From an uncultured Actinomycetota bacterium (GTDB lineage Bacteria > Actinomycetota > Actinomycetes > JACCUZ01), in contig CAVSKC010000018.1 of NCBI GenBank assembly GCA_963728425.1, forward strand, positions 7,164 to 71,163: 64,000 bases of DNA, read 5' to 3'. The first letter of the stretch is position 1. Every line of letters begins with the position of its first letter. The notes beneath the pieces were generated by a model. That model was not told where the DNA came from and made no database searches. It was given only the letters and a program-made list of their open reading frames with translations. Both the position numbers and the translations under genes were made by a program. This document shows positions 41,909 to 51,893 of the stretch, piece after piece.

Positions 41909-43139
41909 GTGGCCGAGCAGCTCGGGCCTCAGCCGCCGGCACCTGCATCGCGGGTGCCGGCGCGCTCGGTGCTGCCGGTCGTCGCCGGCGGCGCTCGCGG
42001 TCGACGCGACGCAGCGGCGACGACGGCGGCCCGGGACCGGCGCCTGGTCGACTTCCACGGCGCGCACCAGGCCGGCATCGCCACGCCCGTGCAGGGCCAC
42101 CTGCACTTCGCGTCCTTCGACGTCACGACCACCGACCGCGCCGCGCTGGTCGCGCTGCTGCAGGACTGGACCGACGGCGGCCCGGGCGATGACCGCCGAC
42201 CGCCGGGTCGGCGGGCGCACGGCTCGCAGAGCCGGCTCGCGCCGCCGTCGGACACCGGCGAGGCGGTCGGCCTCGACGCCGCCAACCTGACCCTCACCGT
42301 CGGCTTCGGGCCGTCGCCTGTTCGACGACCGGTTCGGCCTGGCCGCCAGCCGGCCGGCAGCGCTGGCCGACCTGCCCGCCTTCCCCGGCGACACGCTCGA
42401 CCCGGCTCTGTGCGGCGGCGACCTCGCGGTGCAGGCCTGCTCCGACGACCCGCAGGTGGCCGTGCACGCGGTGCGCAACCTGACCCGGATCGCCGCCGGC
42501 CGGGCCGCGGTCCGGTGGGCCCAGCTCGGCTTCGGCAAGGCCTCGTCCACCGACGAGCGCCGGCCCGACGCCGCGCAACCTGTTCGGCTTCAAGGACGGC
42601 ACCGCCAACATCCTCGGCGACGACGCCGACGCGCTCGACCGAGCACGTCTGGGCGCACCGCTCCGACGGCACGCGCCTGGATGGCCGGCGGCACGCTACC
42701 TCGTCGCCCGCCGGATCCGGATGACGATCGAGACCTGGGACCGCACCTCGCTGGACGAGCAGGAGACCCTGATCGGGCGCACCAAGGACGTGGGCGCGCC
42801 CGCTCGGCCGAGCCGCGGGAGCGCGCGACGGTCCGGCCGGCCGAGCTGCCCGCCACCTCGCACGTGCGGCTGGCCCACCCGTCGCTGCACGGCGGTGCCC
42901 GGCTGCTGCGCCGCGGCTACAACTTCGTCGACGGCTCCGACGGCCTGGGCCACCTGGACGCCGGGCTGTTCTTCCTCGCCTACCAGCGCGACCCGCGCCG
43001 GGGCTTCGTGCCGATCCAGACCGAGCTGGCCCGCCACGACGCGATGAACGAGTACGTCCGGCACACCGGCTCGTCGCTGTGGGCGGTGCCACCCGGCGTC
43101 GGGCCCGGCGGCTGGTGGGGCGAGACCCTGCTCGGTTAA
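41909..43139 (+). CDS. efeB: EfeB / Dyp-type heme peroxidase with a Tat-like signal, frame-interrupted.
   Basis: GLSRRHL..GAGALGAAGVVAGG (twin-arginine region), VDFHGAHQAGIATPVQGHLHFASFDVTTTDRAALVALLQDWT, LTLTVGFGPS, CGGDLAVQACSDDPQVAVHAVRNL, FKDGTANI and RRGYNFVDGSDGLGHLDAGLFFLAYQRDPRRGFVPIQTELARHDAMNEYVRHTGSSLWAVPPG. ORFs 41537.., 41763.. and 42429..43139. Confidence 0.85.
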
Positions 43140-43175
43140 CGCCCTGCCGGGCTGACGGCCTGTCACTCTGAGCCG

Positions 43176-44339
43176 GTGCGCGTCCTGTTCTCCTCCACCT
43201 GGGGCTACGGCCACGTGCTGCCCATGGTGCCCCTGGCCCGCGCCTTCCTGGCCGCCGGCCACACCGTGCACTGGGCGGCCAGCGGCAACGCCGGCCTAGT
43301 GGTGGCGGCCGCCGGGATCGACGCGGTCCCGGCCGGTCTGGACGGGCCGGGAACCGCCGACACCAGGCGTCGGCTCAGGACAGTGCTGGCCACCGTGCCG
43401 CCGCAGGACAAGGCGTCCGTCGCCTTCCCCACCATGTTCGGCGAGTGGGCCACGCCGCCGATGGTCCGCGACCTGCTGCCGCTCGCCCGCGAGCTGCAGC
43501 CCGACCTGCTGGTGCACGAGGCCGCAGAGCACGCTGCTCCGCTGGTCGGAGCCCTGCTGGGCGTGCCGAGCATCACCCATGCGTTCGGCGGCGCCGTGCC
43601 CCCGGACTTCCTGGTCGAGGCCGGCGAGCGGATCGGCTGGCTGTGGTCGGAGCACGGCCTCACCCCACCGCCGTACGCCGGCGCGTTCACCGGCACCTAC
43701 CTGGACATCTGCCCGCCCGCGGTGCAGACGGTGCCGGTCGATCACATCCCGGCCCGGCAGCCGCTGCGACCGGTGGCGTACACCGGCGAGCCGGCGCCGC
43801 TGCCCGCCGGGATGGGCGACGGCGACCCGCGCCCGCTCGTCTACCTGACGCTCGGCACCGTCTACAACGGCGCGTCCGCGCTGCAGGCAGCCGTCGAGGG
43901 GCTGGCCGACCTCGACGCCCGGGTGCTGGTCACGGTCGGGCCGGACGGCGACCCGGCCGCCCTCGGTCCGGTGCCCGCCCACGTCACGGTGTCGCGGTGG
44001 GTCAACCAGGCCGACGTCCTGCCGCACTGCGCGGCCGTCGTCTCCCACGGCGGGTCCGGCACCTTCCTCGGGGCGCTCGGGCTGGGACTGCCGCAGCTGT
44101 GCCTGCCACAGGCGGCCGACCAGTTCCGCAACGCGGCGGCAGCCGTCAGCACCGGCACCGGGCTGGCGATCGCTCCGGACGCCGCGACCTCCGACGCGGT
44201 GCGCGACGCGGTACGGCGCATCCTGCTCGAGGACGGCTTCCGCCGCGCCGCGGCCGGCCTGGCCGACACGATCCGGGCCATGCCCGGCCCCACGGAGGTC
44301 GTGACGGTGCTGGAGCGGCAGGTGCTCGACCGGCGCTAG
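43176..44339 (+). CDS. GT1-family glycosyltransferase (MGT/UDP-glycosyltransferase-like), intact, 387 aa.
   Basis: Single ORF 43176..44339. N-terminus MRVLFSSTWGYGHVLPMVPLARAF. The donor-binding motif is VSHGGSGTFLGALGLGLPQLCLPQAADQFRNA. Confidence 0.85.
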   Translation: MRVLFSSTWGYGHVLPMVPLARAFLAAGHTVHWAASGNAGLVVAAAGIDAVPAGLDGPGTADTRRRLRTVLATVPPQDKASVAFPTMFGEWATPPMVRDLLPLARELQPDLLVHEAAEHAAPLVGALLGVPSITHAFGGAVPPDFLVEAGERIGWLWSEHGLTPPPYAGAFTGTYLDICPPAVQTVPVDHIPARQPLRPVAYTGEPAPLPAGMGDGDPRPLVYLTLGTVYNGASALQAAVEGLADLDARVLVTVGPDGDPAALGPVPAHVTVSRWVNQADVLPHCAAVVSHGGSGTFLGALGLGLPQLCLPQAADQFRNAAAAVSTGTGLAIAPDAATSDAVRDAVRRILLEDGFRRAAAGLADTIRAMPGPTEVVTVLERQVLDRR

Positions 44340-45670
44340 CGGGCGACGCCCTCGGCATAGGCCGCCACCTCGTGCGACAGCTGGCTGGTCGACAGGCCGA
44401 GCACCTTCCTGGTCACCTTCTGGGTCTGCGCGTCGGTCTGGATCTCGCGTGGTGTCGTGGCCAGCTGGTCGTACCAGCGGCGCAGGGTGGCCTCGCCGTA
44501 CCGGTCCGAGACGAAGGCGCAGGCGAGGAATCCCGCCAGGTAGTGGGCGGCGACGTCGTGCTGGTAGAAGTCGTACGTCGGCAGCTCGACCGCCCCGGCG
44601 TCGACCTGCGCTCGCAACGTCTTCGGCAGGGTGACCGCGAACGGCCGCAGGTCGCGGTAGGCCGTGTAGTCGGCGATGCCCTCCAGCAACCAGGCCGGCG
44701 CCCCCGGCCAGGTCCGGGCCTGGGTGGCCACGTGGGTCACCTCGTGGGTGAGCAGCTGGGCGTTGTCCTCGTTGGTCGGCTGGAAGTAGCGCGGGTTCAA
44801 GATCACCCGGCTGCGCACCTGCGCCTTGGTCTTCTGGTCGTACGTCGTGGCGTCGTCCGGCGTCCAGCCGGGCACCGTGTCGAAGGCCGGGACCGCGATC
44901 GCCGCGACCTTGTCCGAGCTCTGCAGCGCGGTCCGGAAGTAGGTCTCCACCAGCCGCTGGTCGCGCACGGCGACCACGACGACCTTGCGCCGCCACCCGG
45001 TGGGCCACATCCGGGCGACCTTCGTGACGGCAGCGTCCGAGACCCGCACCAGGGCGGCCAGCCGGCCCTTGTCCGCCGCGTCGGCCAGCACCAGCACGTG
45101 CTCGCCCTCGCGGGCGACCATCGCGCGCCGGTCCCACGGGTCGGCGTGGCCGGTCTCCGGGAGATCGGAGTCGGCGTCGCTGTCGCTGGCGAGCAGCCAC
45201 CGGTGGCCCCGCAGCACGAACGTCAGGGCCTGCGGCCGCGCGACCGGACCCGGGTCGTAGCCCTTGATGGCGTAGTGCAGCAGGACCGCCGGCAGGTGAT
45301 AGGGCACGTCGTAGGTGTCGGCCAGGTCCGGCCGGTCGTAGTCGCGGCCGACCAGCTCGTAGCGCCAGGACGCGAAGTCGACCTTGGCCAGGCTGGCGAA
45401 CACGGTCCGCTGGGCGGTTAGGAACTCGTGCGCCCGCGGGTCGATGTCGGCCAGCCAGGCCTTCTCGTCGCTGTGCAGCACCGCGTGCGCCCGCCGGCTG
45501 AGCACCGCGCGGACCGCCTTGTCCCGGGCATCCGCTCTCACGTCGGCGGTCGCCGACCCGTCGCCGGGCGCTCCGCCGGTCGCGGCGATCACCGCGACCA
45601 GGCCAAGCCCGAGCGCCACGACCAGCACGGCCGCCGCGGCCACCAGACCCCTGCGCGCCGGCCCCGTCAT
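44336..45670 (-). CDS. Membrane-anchored hypothetical protein with an HExxH motif (putative metallopeptidase), intact, 444 aa.
   Basis: The ATG at 45670 lies inside ORF 44336..46123. N-terminal TM: MTGPARRGLVAAAAVLVVALGLGLVAVIAA. LLTHEVTHVATQ is followed by WLLEGIADY. The stop shares a palindromic CTAG with the convergent GT1 stop. Confidence 0.5.
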   Translation of the reverse strand: MTGPARRGLVAAAAVLVVALGLGLVAVIAATGGAPGDGSATADVRADARDKAVRAVLSRRAHAVLHSDEKAWLADIDPRAHEFLTAQRTVFASLAKVDFASWRYELVGRDYDRPDLADTYDVPYHLPAVLLHYAIKGYDPGPVARPQALTFVLRGHRWLLASDSDADSDLPETGHADPWDRRAMVAREGEHVLVLADAADKGRLAALVRVSDAAVTKVARMWPTGWRRKVVVVAVRDQRLVETYFRTALQSSDKVAAIAVPAFDTVPGWTPDDATTYDQKTKAQVRSRVILNPRYFQPTNEDNAQLLTHEVTHVATQARTWPGAPAWLLEGIADYTAYRDLRPFAVTLPKTLRAQVDAGAVELPTYDFYQHDVAAHYLAGFLACAFVSDRYGEATLRRWYDQLATTPREIQTDAQTQKVTRKVLGLSTSQLSHEVAAYAEGVAR

Positions 45671-45715
45671 GCCGCCACCCCTTCCCCGTCCGCCCCCGCG
45701 GCTACCCTCGGCGTC

Positions 45716-46423
45716 GTGCGGAATGGCGCTGCGGACCAGGCTCTCGTGACCGACGTCCGGTACCAGCTGCGGGAGGCCGGCGACGCCACGAAGGCGGCGC
45801 AGATGCAGGCCTACATGAAGTCGGCGCTGCCGTTCCACGGCGTCAGCAGCCCCGACTGTCGCGTGATCATGCGCGACCTGCTGGCCACCCACCCGTTGCC
45901 CGACAGGGCAACCTGGCTGGCGACCGTGCTGGCTCTCTGGGACGACGCCGGCCACCGCGAGGAGCGGTACGCGGCGCTGGCAGTCGCGAAGGACCGCAGG
46001 TACGCCGGGCACCGCGACCCGGACGTCCTGCCGCTGTACCGACACCTGGTGGTCACCGGAGCGTGGTGGGACCTCGTCGACGACGTCGCCACCCACCTGG
46101 TCGGGCCGCTGCTGCTGGCACACCCGGGCCCGGTTCGCCCCACCGTGGCCGGATGGGCGACCGACGAGGACCGGTGGCTTCGCCGCACCGCGGTGATCTG
46201 CCAGGTGGGAGCCAAGGACCGGACCGACGTTCCCCTGCTGACGACGGCGGTCGAGGCGAATCTCGACGACCGGGACTTCTTCCTGCGCAAGGCGATCGGC
46301 TGGGCGCTACGCCAGCACGCGCGCACCGACCCGGCCTGGGTGCGGGCCTTCGTCGCGGTCCATGACGACCAGCTCAGCGGCCTGTCCCGCCGCGAGGCGC
46401 TCAAGCACCTGAGCCCCGCGTGA
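45716..46423 (+). CDS. DNA alkylation repair protein (AlkD-like HEAT-repeat family), intact. The start is 45716 or 45746.
   Basis: ATKAAQMQAYMKSALPFHGVSSPDCRVIMRDLL .. VVTGAWWDLVDDVA .. DRDFFLRKAIGWALRQHARTDPAWVRAFV (ORF 45428..46423). Confidence 0.75.
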   Translation: MRNGAADQALVTDVRYQLREAGDATKAAQMQAYMKSALPFHGVSSPDCRVIMRDLLATHPLPDRATWLATVLALWDDAGHREERYAALAVAKDRRYAGHRDPDVLPLYRHLVVTGAWWDLVDDVATHLVGPLLLAHPGPVRPTVAGWATDEDRWLRRTAVICQVGAKDRTDVPLLTTAVEANLDDRDFFLRKAIGWALRQHARTDPAWVRAFVAVHDDQLSGLSRREALKHLSPA

Positions 46424-47205
46424 CCTCCCTCGCCTCGGTCCGCTGGGCCGACGAGCTCGCTGCCTGGGCGATCGACCCCGAGATCCTCGCCGCCGCGCCG
46501 GAGTCGCCCTACGGCTTCCCGCCGGAGGTGTTCGCGGTCGGCCAGTACCCGACCTCCACACCGATGGCCGAGCTGGCCGGGGCCGCGCTGCGGCCGGGCG
46601 GCACCGTGCTCGACGTGGGCGCCGGCGCGGGTGCGGCCAGCCTGGGGATCGTGCCGGCCGGCGGCCACCTGTACGCAGTGGACTCCCAGCCCTCGATGCT
46701 GCGGGCCCTGGAGGCCGCTGCCCGGGAAAGCGGGGTCAGCCTCACGACGTACGACGGGACCTGGCCCGACCTCGCCGACCAGGTCCCGGGGTGCGACGTC
46801 GTGGTCTGCGCGCACGTGCTCTACAACGTGCCGGACCTGGTGCCGTTCGCGACCGCGCTGACGACCAAGGCCCAAGACCTGGTGCTCGTCGAGCTGACCG
46901 GCACCCATCCACTGACCCGGCTGGCGCCGATGTGGGAGGCGGTGCACCACCAGCCGCGCCCGGACGGCCCGACCGCGGAGCTCGCCGTCGCTGTGCTCCG
47001 CGAGGCCGGCCTCGAGCCCGAGGTGCGCGAACGGGTCATCGAGCCGGTCGTGCGCACCGGCGCGCTGCTGAACACCTGGGTCGACTTCACCCGCCGCCAG
47101 CTCTGCCTGCCGCCGGAGCGCCGGCCCGAGGTCGAGGACCTGATGCAGCGATACCCGCCGCAGCCGAGGCGGTCGGTGGTGCTGTCCTGGCCGGGCGCCG
47201 CCTGA
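46420..47205 (+). CDS. Class I SAM-dependent methyltransferase, intact.
   Basis: ORF 46420..47205 contains GGTVLDVGAGAGAASLGIVPAGGHLYAVD. The GTG start overlaps the upstream stop (GTGA). Confidence 0.75.
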   Translation: MTSLASVRWADELAAWAIDPEILAAAPESPYGFPPEVFAVGQYPTSTPMAELAGAALRPGGTVLDVGAGAGAASLGIVPAGGHLYAVDSQPSMLRALEAAARESGVSLTTYDGTWPDLADQVPGCDVVVCAHVLYNVPDLVPFATALTTKAQDLVLVELTGTHPLTRLAPMWEAVHHQPRPDGPTAELAVAVLREAGLEPEVRERVIEPVVRTGALLNTWVDFTRRQLCLPPERRPEVEDLMQRYPPQPRRSVVLSWPGAA

Positions 47206-47901
47206 CCGAGCGGCGGGAGCGGCACCTCACCAAGCCGGGTTGTGCGCACTAGGCGTTCCCGCGGAAACGTTCTTGCGACGAGAGGGAGCATCACTTCTGC
47301 GCGGAGGACCTTCTCGCGGTCCGTCATGCTGACTCTGACTCTCAGACACATCTGCGGCGGGTGTGGCCCTACACGCGTCGAGGTCATCTCATCAGACGCC
47401 CTGGCACTAGATGTGTCCGGGAGTCAGCGTGTGTGACGGGCCGGTGGAGCAGTACCGGATCGGTTCGCTCTGGAGGGGCACCTCTGCGTGACCTCGAGCT
47501 GGTTCGCTGCCACGTCAACCAAGATCGTCCCCTGACACCACAGTGCGTCGGCGGCAGTCGCGAACTGCGCGCCGGCCGCGCCGGATCTCTGTCGTATGTG
47601 CGCCAGGGGCAGGGCCACTGTGGGGCGGGGTAACGATCTTCAAGCGAGACCGACGGGCAGGTCACGGGGCACAGGGATGCCGGTTCCGGTCGGCGAACAC
47701 TGCCTGGTCGCAGGGCAGCACCCGCGTGGAGCGGGCTGTCGCTGATCAGACAGGGGGCACAGGGGGCACCTGGGCCTGACCGCCCCACGGAACCACCTGC
47801 CGCCGGACCGGCCGCCAGGGCGTGACCCGGCCGGTTGGCGGTCGTTGTTACTGGCGAGTAGCATCAGCCTCACTCTCGAGCGAGTACCCCCGGAGGATCC
47901 T

Positions 47902-49131
47902 GTGCGTCAGACCCCGCCCCGCGCCGTCCGCGACGTCGTCTTCGTCGACGGGGTGCGCACGCCGTTCGGCAAGGCCGGCCCGAAGGGCATGTACGCCGAG
48001 ACGCGCGCCGACGACATGGTCATCCGGTGCATCCGGGAGCTGGTCCGGCGCAACCCCTCGCTCCCCCCGGAGCGGGTGGACGACGTGGCTATCGCGGCCA
48101 CCACCCAGATCGGCGACCAGGGGCTGACCATCGGCCGGACGGCGTCGCTGCTGGCCGGGCTGCCCAAGACGGTCCCCGGCTACGCGATCGACCGGATGTG
48201 CGCCGGCGCACTGACCGCAGTGACCACCACCGCGGGCGCGATCGCCTTCGGCGCCTACGACGTGGTCATCGCCGGCGGTGTCGAGCACATGGGCCACCAC
48301 CCGATGGGCGAGGGAGTCGATCCCAACCCGCGGATCGTGGCCGAGAAGCTCGTCGACCCGTCCGCCCTGGTGATGGGCTCGACCGCCGAGAACCTGCACG
48401 ACCGGTTCCCGCACCTGACCAAGGACCGGGCCGACGCGTTCTCGGTGGGCAGTCAGGACAAGCTGGCCAAGGCCTACGCGAACGGCAAGCTCCAGCCCGA
48501 CCTGGTGCCGATGGCCACCCGGTCGGTGGACAAGGGCTGGGGGCTGGCGACCGTCGACGAGCCGCCCCGCCCGGGCACCACCCTCGAGGACCTGGCGTCG
48601 CTCAAGACGCCGTTCCGCCCGCACGGCCGGGTCACCGCCGGCAACGCGGCCGGCCTCAACGACGGCGCCACCGCGTGCCTGCTCGCGGCCGAGGACGTGG
48701 CCGAGGAGCTCGGCCTGCCGGTGCGGATGCGGCTGGTCCAGTTCGCGTTCGTCGGGGTCGAGCCCGAGGTGATGGGCGTCGGGCCGGTGCCGGCGACCGA
48801 GAAGGCACTGGCCAAGGCCGGCCTCTCCATCGACGACATCGGCCTGTTCGAGCTCAACGAGGCCTTCGCGGTGCAGGTGCTGGCGTTCCTCGATCACTTC
48901 GGCATCGCCGACGACGACCCCAGGGTCAACGAGTACGGCGGCGCGATCGCCGTGGGGCACCCGCTGGCCTCGTCCGGGGTCCGGCTGATGACGCAGCTCG
49001 CGCGGCAGTTCGAGGACCACCCTGAGGTGCGCTACGGCCTCACGGCCATGTGCATCGGCATCGGGATGGGTGGCGCGGTCATCTGGGAGAACCCGCACTT
49101 CGAGGGCGACGCCGTGGAGGCGACCAAGTGA
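47902..49131 (+). CDS. fadA: Acetyl-CoA C-acyltransferase (thiolase, beta-oxidation FadA), intact.
   Basis: The GTG at 47902 is preceded by GGAGGA. Motifs: VVFVDGVRTPFGKAGPKGMY, IDRMCAGALTAV, NEAFAVQVLAF, GGAIAVGHPLASSGVRL and AMCIGIGMGGAV (ORF 47845..49131). Confidence 0.9.
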   Translation: MRQTPPRAVRDVVFVDGVRTPFGKAGPKGMYAETRADDMVIRCIRELVRRNPSLPPERVDDVAIAATTQIGDQGLTIGRTASLLAGLPKTVPGYAIDRMCAGALTAVTTTAGAIAFGAYDVVIAGGVEHMGHHPMGEGVDPNPRIVAEKLVDPSALVMGSTAENLHDRFPHLTKDRADAFSVGSQDKLAKAYANGKLQPDLVPMATRSVDKGWGLATVDEPPRPGTTLEDLASLKTPFRPHGRVTAGNAAGLNDGATACLLAAEDVAEELGLPVRMRLVQFAFVGVEPEVMGVGPVPATEKALAKAGLSIDDIGLFELNEAFAVQVLAFLDHFGIADDDPRVNEYGGAIAVGHPLASSGVRLMTQLARQFEDHPEVRYGLTAMCIGIGMGGAVIWENPHFEGDAVEATK

Positions 49132-51225
49132 GCGACATGATCGACTTCCCGGACGAGGTCGTCACCCACGCCCCGGTCCAGTACGTCGCGCTGCCGGAGG
49201 GCGGCGGGCACAGCCGCACTGATCACGATCGACAACGGCTTCGACCACACCAAGCCCACGACGCTGGGCCCGACCAGCCTCGCCAACATCGGCGCGGCCA
49301 TCGACGAGGCGCTCGGCCGGGACGACGTCGTCGCGGTCGCCGTGACCGGCAAGCCGTTCATCTTCGCGGTCGGCGCCGACCTCAAGGTGATGCAGGCGGG
49401 CGGCACGCCGGCCCAGGCGCAGGCCTACTTCGCGCTCGGGCACGACACCTTCCGCAAGCTGCGCGACGCGCGGGTCCCGACCTTCGCCTTCGTCAACGGC
49501 GCGGTCATGGGCGGCGGCCTCGAGCTGGCCCTGCACGCGCACTACCGGACGATGTCCTCCGGCGTGCCGGCGGTCGCGTTCCCCGAGGTCTTCCTCGGCC
49601 TGATCCCGGGCTGGGGCGGCAGCCAGCTGCTGCCCAACCTGGTCGGGGCCGACAAGGCGGTCACCGTCATCGTCGAGAACGCCATGAACCAGAACCGGAT
49701 GCTGCGGGCCAAGCAGGCCTTCGACCTGGGCATCGCCGACGCGATGTTCGAGCCCGCCGACTTCCTCGAGCAGTCGCTGGCCTGGGCCTCGGCGGTGGTC
49801 CGCGGCGAGATCGTCGTGGACCGGCCGGAGATCGACCGCGGCGCGGCCTGGGACGCGGCGCTGGCCCGCGGCAAGGGCATCGCGGACATGCGGGTGCACG
49901 GCGCCACGCCGGCGCCGTACCGGGCCCTCGAGCTGATCGAGCTGGCCAGGACCGCGTCGTACGACGACGGGATCGCAGCCGAGCGGAAAGCCCTGTTCGA
50001 GCTGGCGATGGGCGAAGAGCTGCGAGCCGGGCTCTACGCGTTCGACCTGACCCAGCGGCGGGCCAAGCGGCCGGCCGGCGCCCCGGACCGGTCCCTGGCC
50101 CGAGAGGTCACGAAGGTCGGCGTCGTCGGCGCGGGGCTGATGGCCTCCCAGCTCGCGATGCTGTTCGTGCAGCGGCTCGAGGTGCCGGTGGTGCTCACCG
50201 ACATCGACCAGCAGCGCGTCGACAAGGGCGTGGGCTACGTCCACGGCGAGGTCGACAAGCTGCTCGGCAAGGGGCGGATCAACCAGGACAAGGCCAACCG
50301 GCTCAAGGCGCTGGTGACCGGCTCGACCGGCAAGGAGGCGTTCGCCGACGCCGACTTCGTCATCGAGGCCGTGTTCGAGGAGATGAAGGTCAAGCAGCAG
50401 GTATTCCGTGAAATTGAAGCAGTGGTCGAGTCGACTTGCGTGCTGGCGACGAACACGTCCTCGCTGTCGGTGACCGAGATGGCCGCTGGGCTGGCGCACC
50501 CCGAGCGGGTGGTGGGGTTCCACTTCTTCAACCCGGTGTCGGTGCTGCCGCTGCTGGAGATAGCCCGGGCGGACAAGACCGACGACGCCTCGGTGGCGAC
50601 GGCGTTCGCCGTCGGCAAGGCGCTGAAGAAGTCCTGCGTGCTGGTGGCGGACCGGCCGGCGTTCGTCGTCAACCGGCTGCTCACCCGGTTCCTGGGCGAG
50701 GTGACCAAGGCCGTCGACGAGGGCACGCCGTTCGAGGTGGCCGACAAGGCGCTGGAGCCGCTCGGCCTGCCGCTGACGCCGTTCGTGCTGCTGCAGCTGG
50801 TCGGCCCCGCGGTGGCCCTGCACGTGGCCGAGACGATGCACGAGGCGTTTCCGGACCGCTTCTACGTGTCGGAGAACCTCGGCCGGCTGGTGGCGGCCGG
50901 CAAGACCAGCATCTACACCTGGGACACCGGCAGCCCGGTGGTCGACCCGGAGGTGGCCGAGCTGTTCACCGTCGGCGACGCACCGTCGTCCGAGCAGGAG
51001 GTGCGCCGCCGCGCGGTCGACGCGCTGGCCGAAGAGGTCGACCTGATGCTGCAGGAACGGGTCGTCGAAGACGTGCGCGACATCGACCTGGCCATGCTGC
51101 TCGGCGCCGGCTGGCCGTTCCACCTGGGCGGCGTCACGCCGTACCTCGACCGGGAGGGCGTCTCGGAGCGGGTGACCGGTCACCGGTTCCTGCCGGCCGG
51201 TGTGGCCAGCCTCCCGCGCGGCTGA
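49128..51225 (+). CDS. fadB: Fatty-acid oxidation multifunctional enzyme FadB (enoyl-CoA hydratase plus 3-hydroxyacyl-CoA dehydrogenase). Single frameshift near 49210.
   Basis: VSDMIDFPDEVVTHAPVQYVALPEGGG (frame of ORF 49050..) joins the frame of ORF 49342..51225. Motifs: FIFAVGADLK, FVNGAVMGGGLELALH, KVGVVGAGLMASQLA, LATNTSSLSVTEMA and VGFHFFNPV. The start overlaps the fadA stop (GTGA). Confidence 0.9.
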
Positions 51226-51239
51226 GCCGGGAGTTCGGG

Positions 51240-51881
51240 GTGCCGGACCAGGGACAGGCGGGGCCGAGCTACGACCGGGTCGCCGAGCGGTACGCCGCCG
51301 AGATCGCCGGCGAGCTGACCCACAAGCCGTTCGACCGCGGCCTGCTGGACGCGGTGGCCGAGCTCGCCGGCGGCGGCCCGGTGGCCGACGTCGGGTGCGG
51401 CCCGGGACACGTGGCCGCCTACCTGGCCGGCCGCGGCGCCCGCACCGTCGGGCTGGACCTCTCCCCCGGCATGTGCGCGGTCGCCCGGGCTGCCGGGGTG
51501 CCGGCTGCCGCCGCGGACATGACCGCTCTGCCGCTCCGTACCGGCACATTGGCCGGGCTGGTGTGCATGTACGCCGTCATCCACCTCGACGTGTCGGCGC
51601 GGGCGGTCGCCTACCAGGAGTTCGCCCGGGTGCTCCAGCACGGCGGGCGGGCGCTGATCGCCTTCCACACCAGCCACCCGGAGCACCCGACCGGCACCCA
51701 GCAGGACGTCGCCGAGTGGTGGGGCAAACCGGTGGACCTGACCTTCCGGTACCTCGACGCCGACGAGGAGGTCGCAGCCCTGGGCAGCGCCGGGCTGGTG
51801 CTGGTCGCCCGGCTGGACCGCAGCCCGCACGACGGCTCCGAGCACCCGAGCCACCGCTCCTACCTCGTCGTCGGCCGCTGA
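51240..51881 (+). CDS. Class I SAM-dependent methyltransferase, intact, 213 aa.
   Basis: The GTG at 51240 is in the frame of ORF 50436..51881. Motifs: GGPVADVGCGPGHVAAYLAGRGARTVGLDLSPGM and LVCMYAVIHL. Confidence 0.75.
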   Translation: MPDQGQAGPSYDRVAERYAAEIAGELTHKPFDRGLLDAVAELAGGGPVADVGCGPGHVAAYLAGRGARTVGLDLSPGMCAVARAAGVPAAAADMTALPLRTGTLAGLVCMYAVIHLDVSARAVAYQEFARVLQHGGRALIAFHTSHPEHPTGTQQDVAEWWGKPVDLTFRYLDADEEVAALGSAGLVLVARLDRSPHDGSEHPSHRSYLVVGR

Positions 51882-51893
51882 CGCACGACCAGG

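Noticed and set aside
46821-47387. Minus-strand ORF (188 aa) containing MTDREKVLRAEVMLPLVARTFPRERL...
   Set aside because: Most of it is antisense to the 46420..47205 methyltransferase. The non-overlapping part is under 40 codons with weak coding signal and no recognisable family.
49162-51549. A 795-aa minus-strand ORF.
   Set aside because: It is antisense to the clearly recognisable fadB gene and has a low-complexity Arg/Gly/Pro-rich translation.
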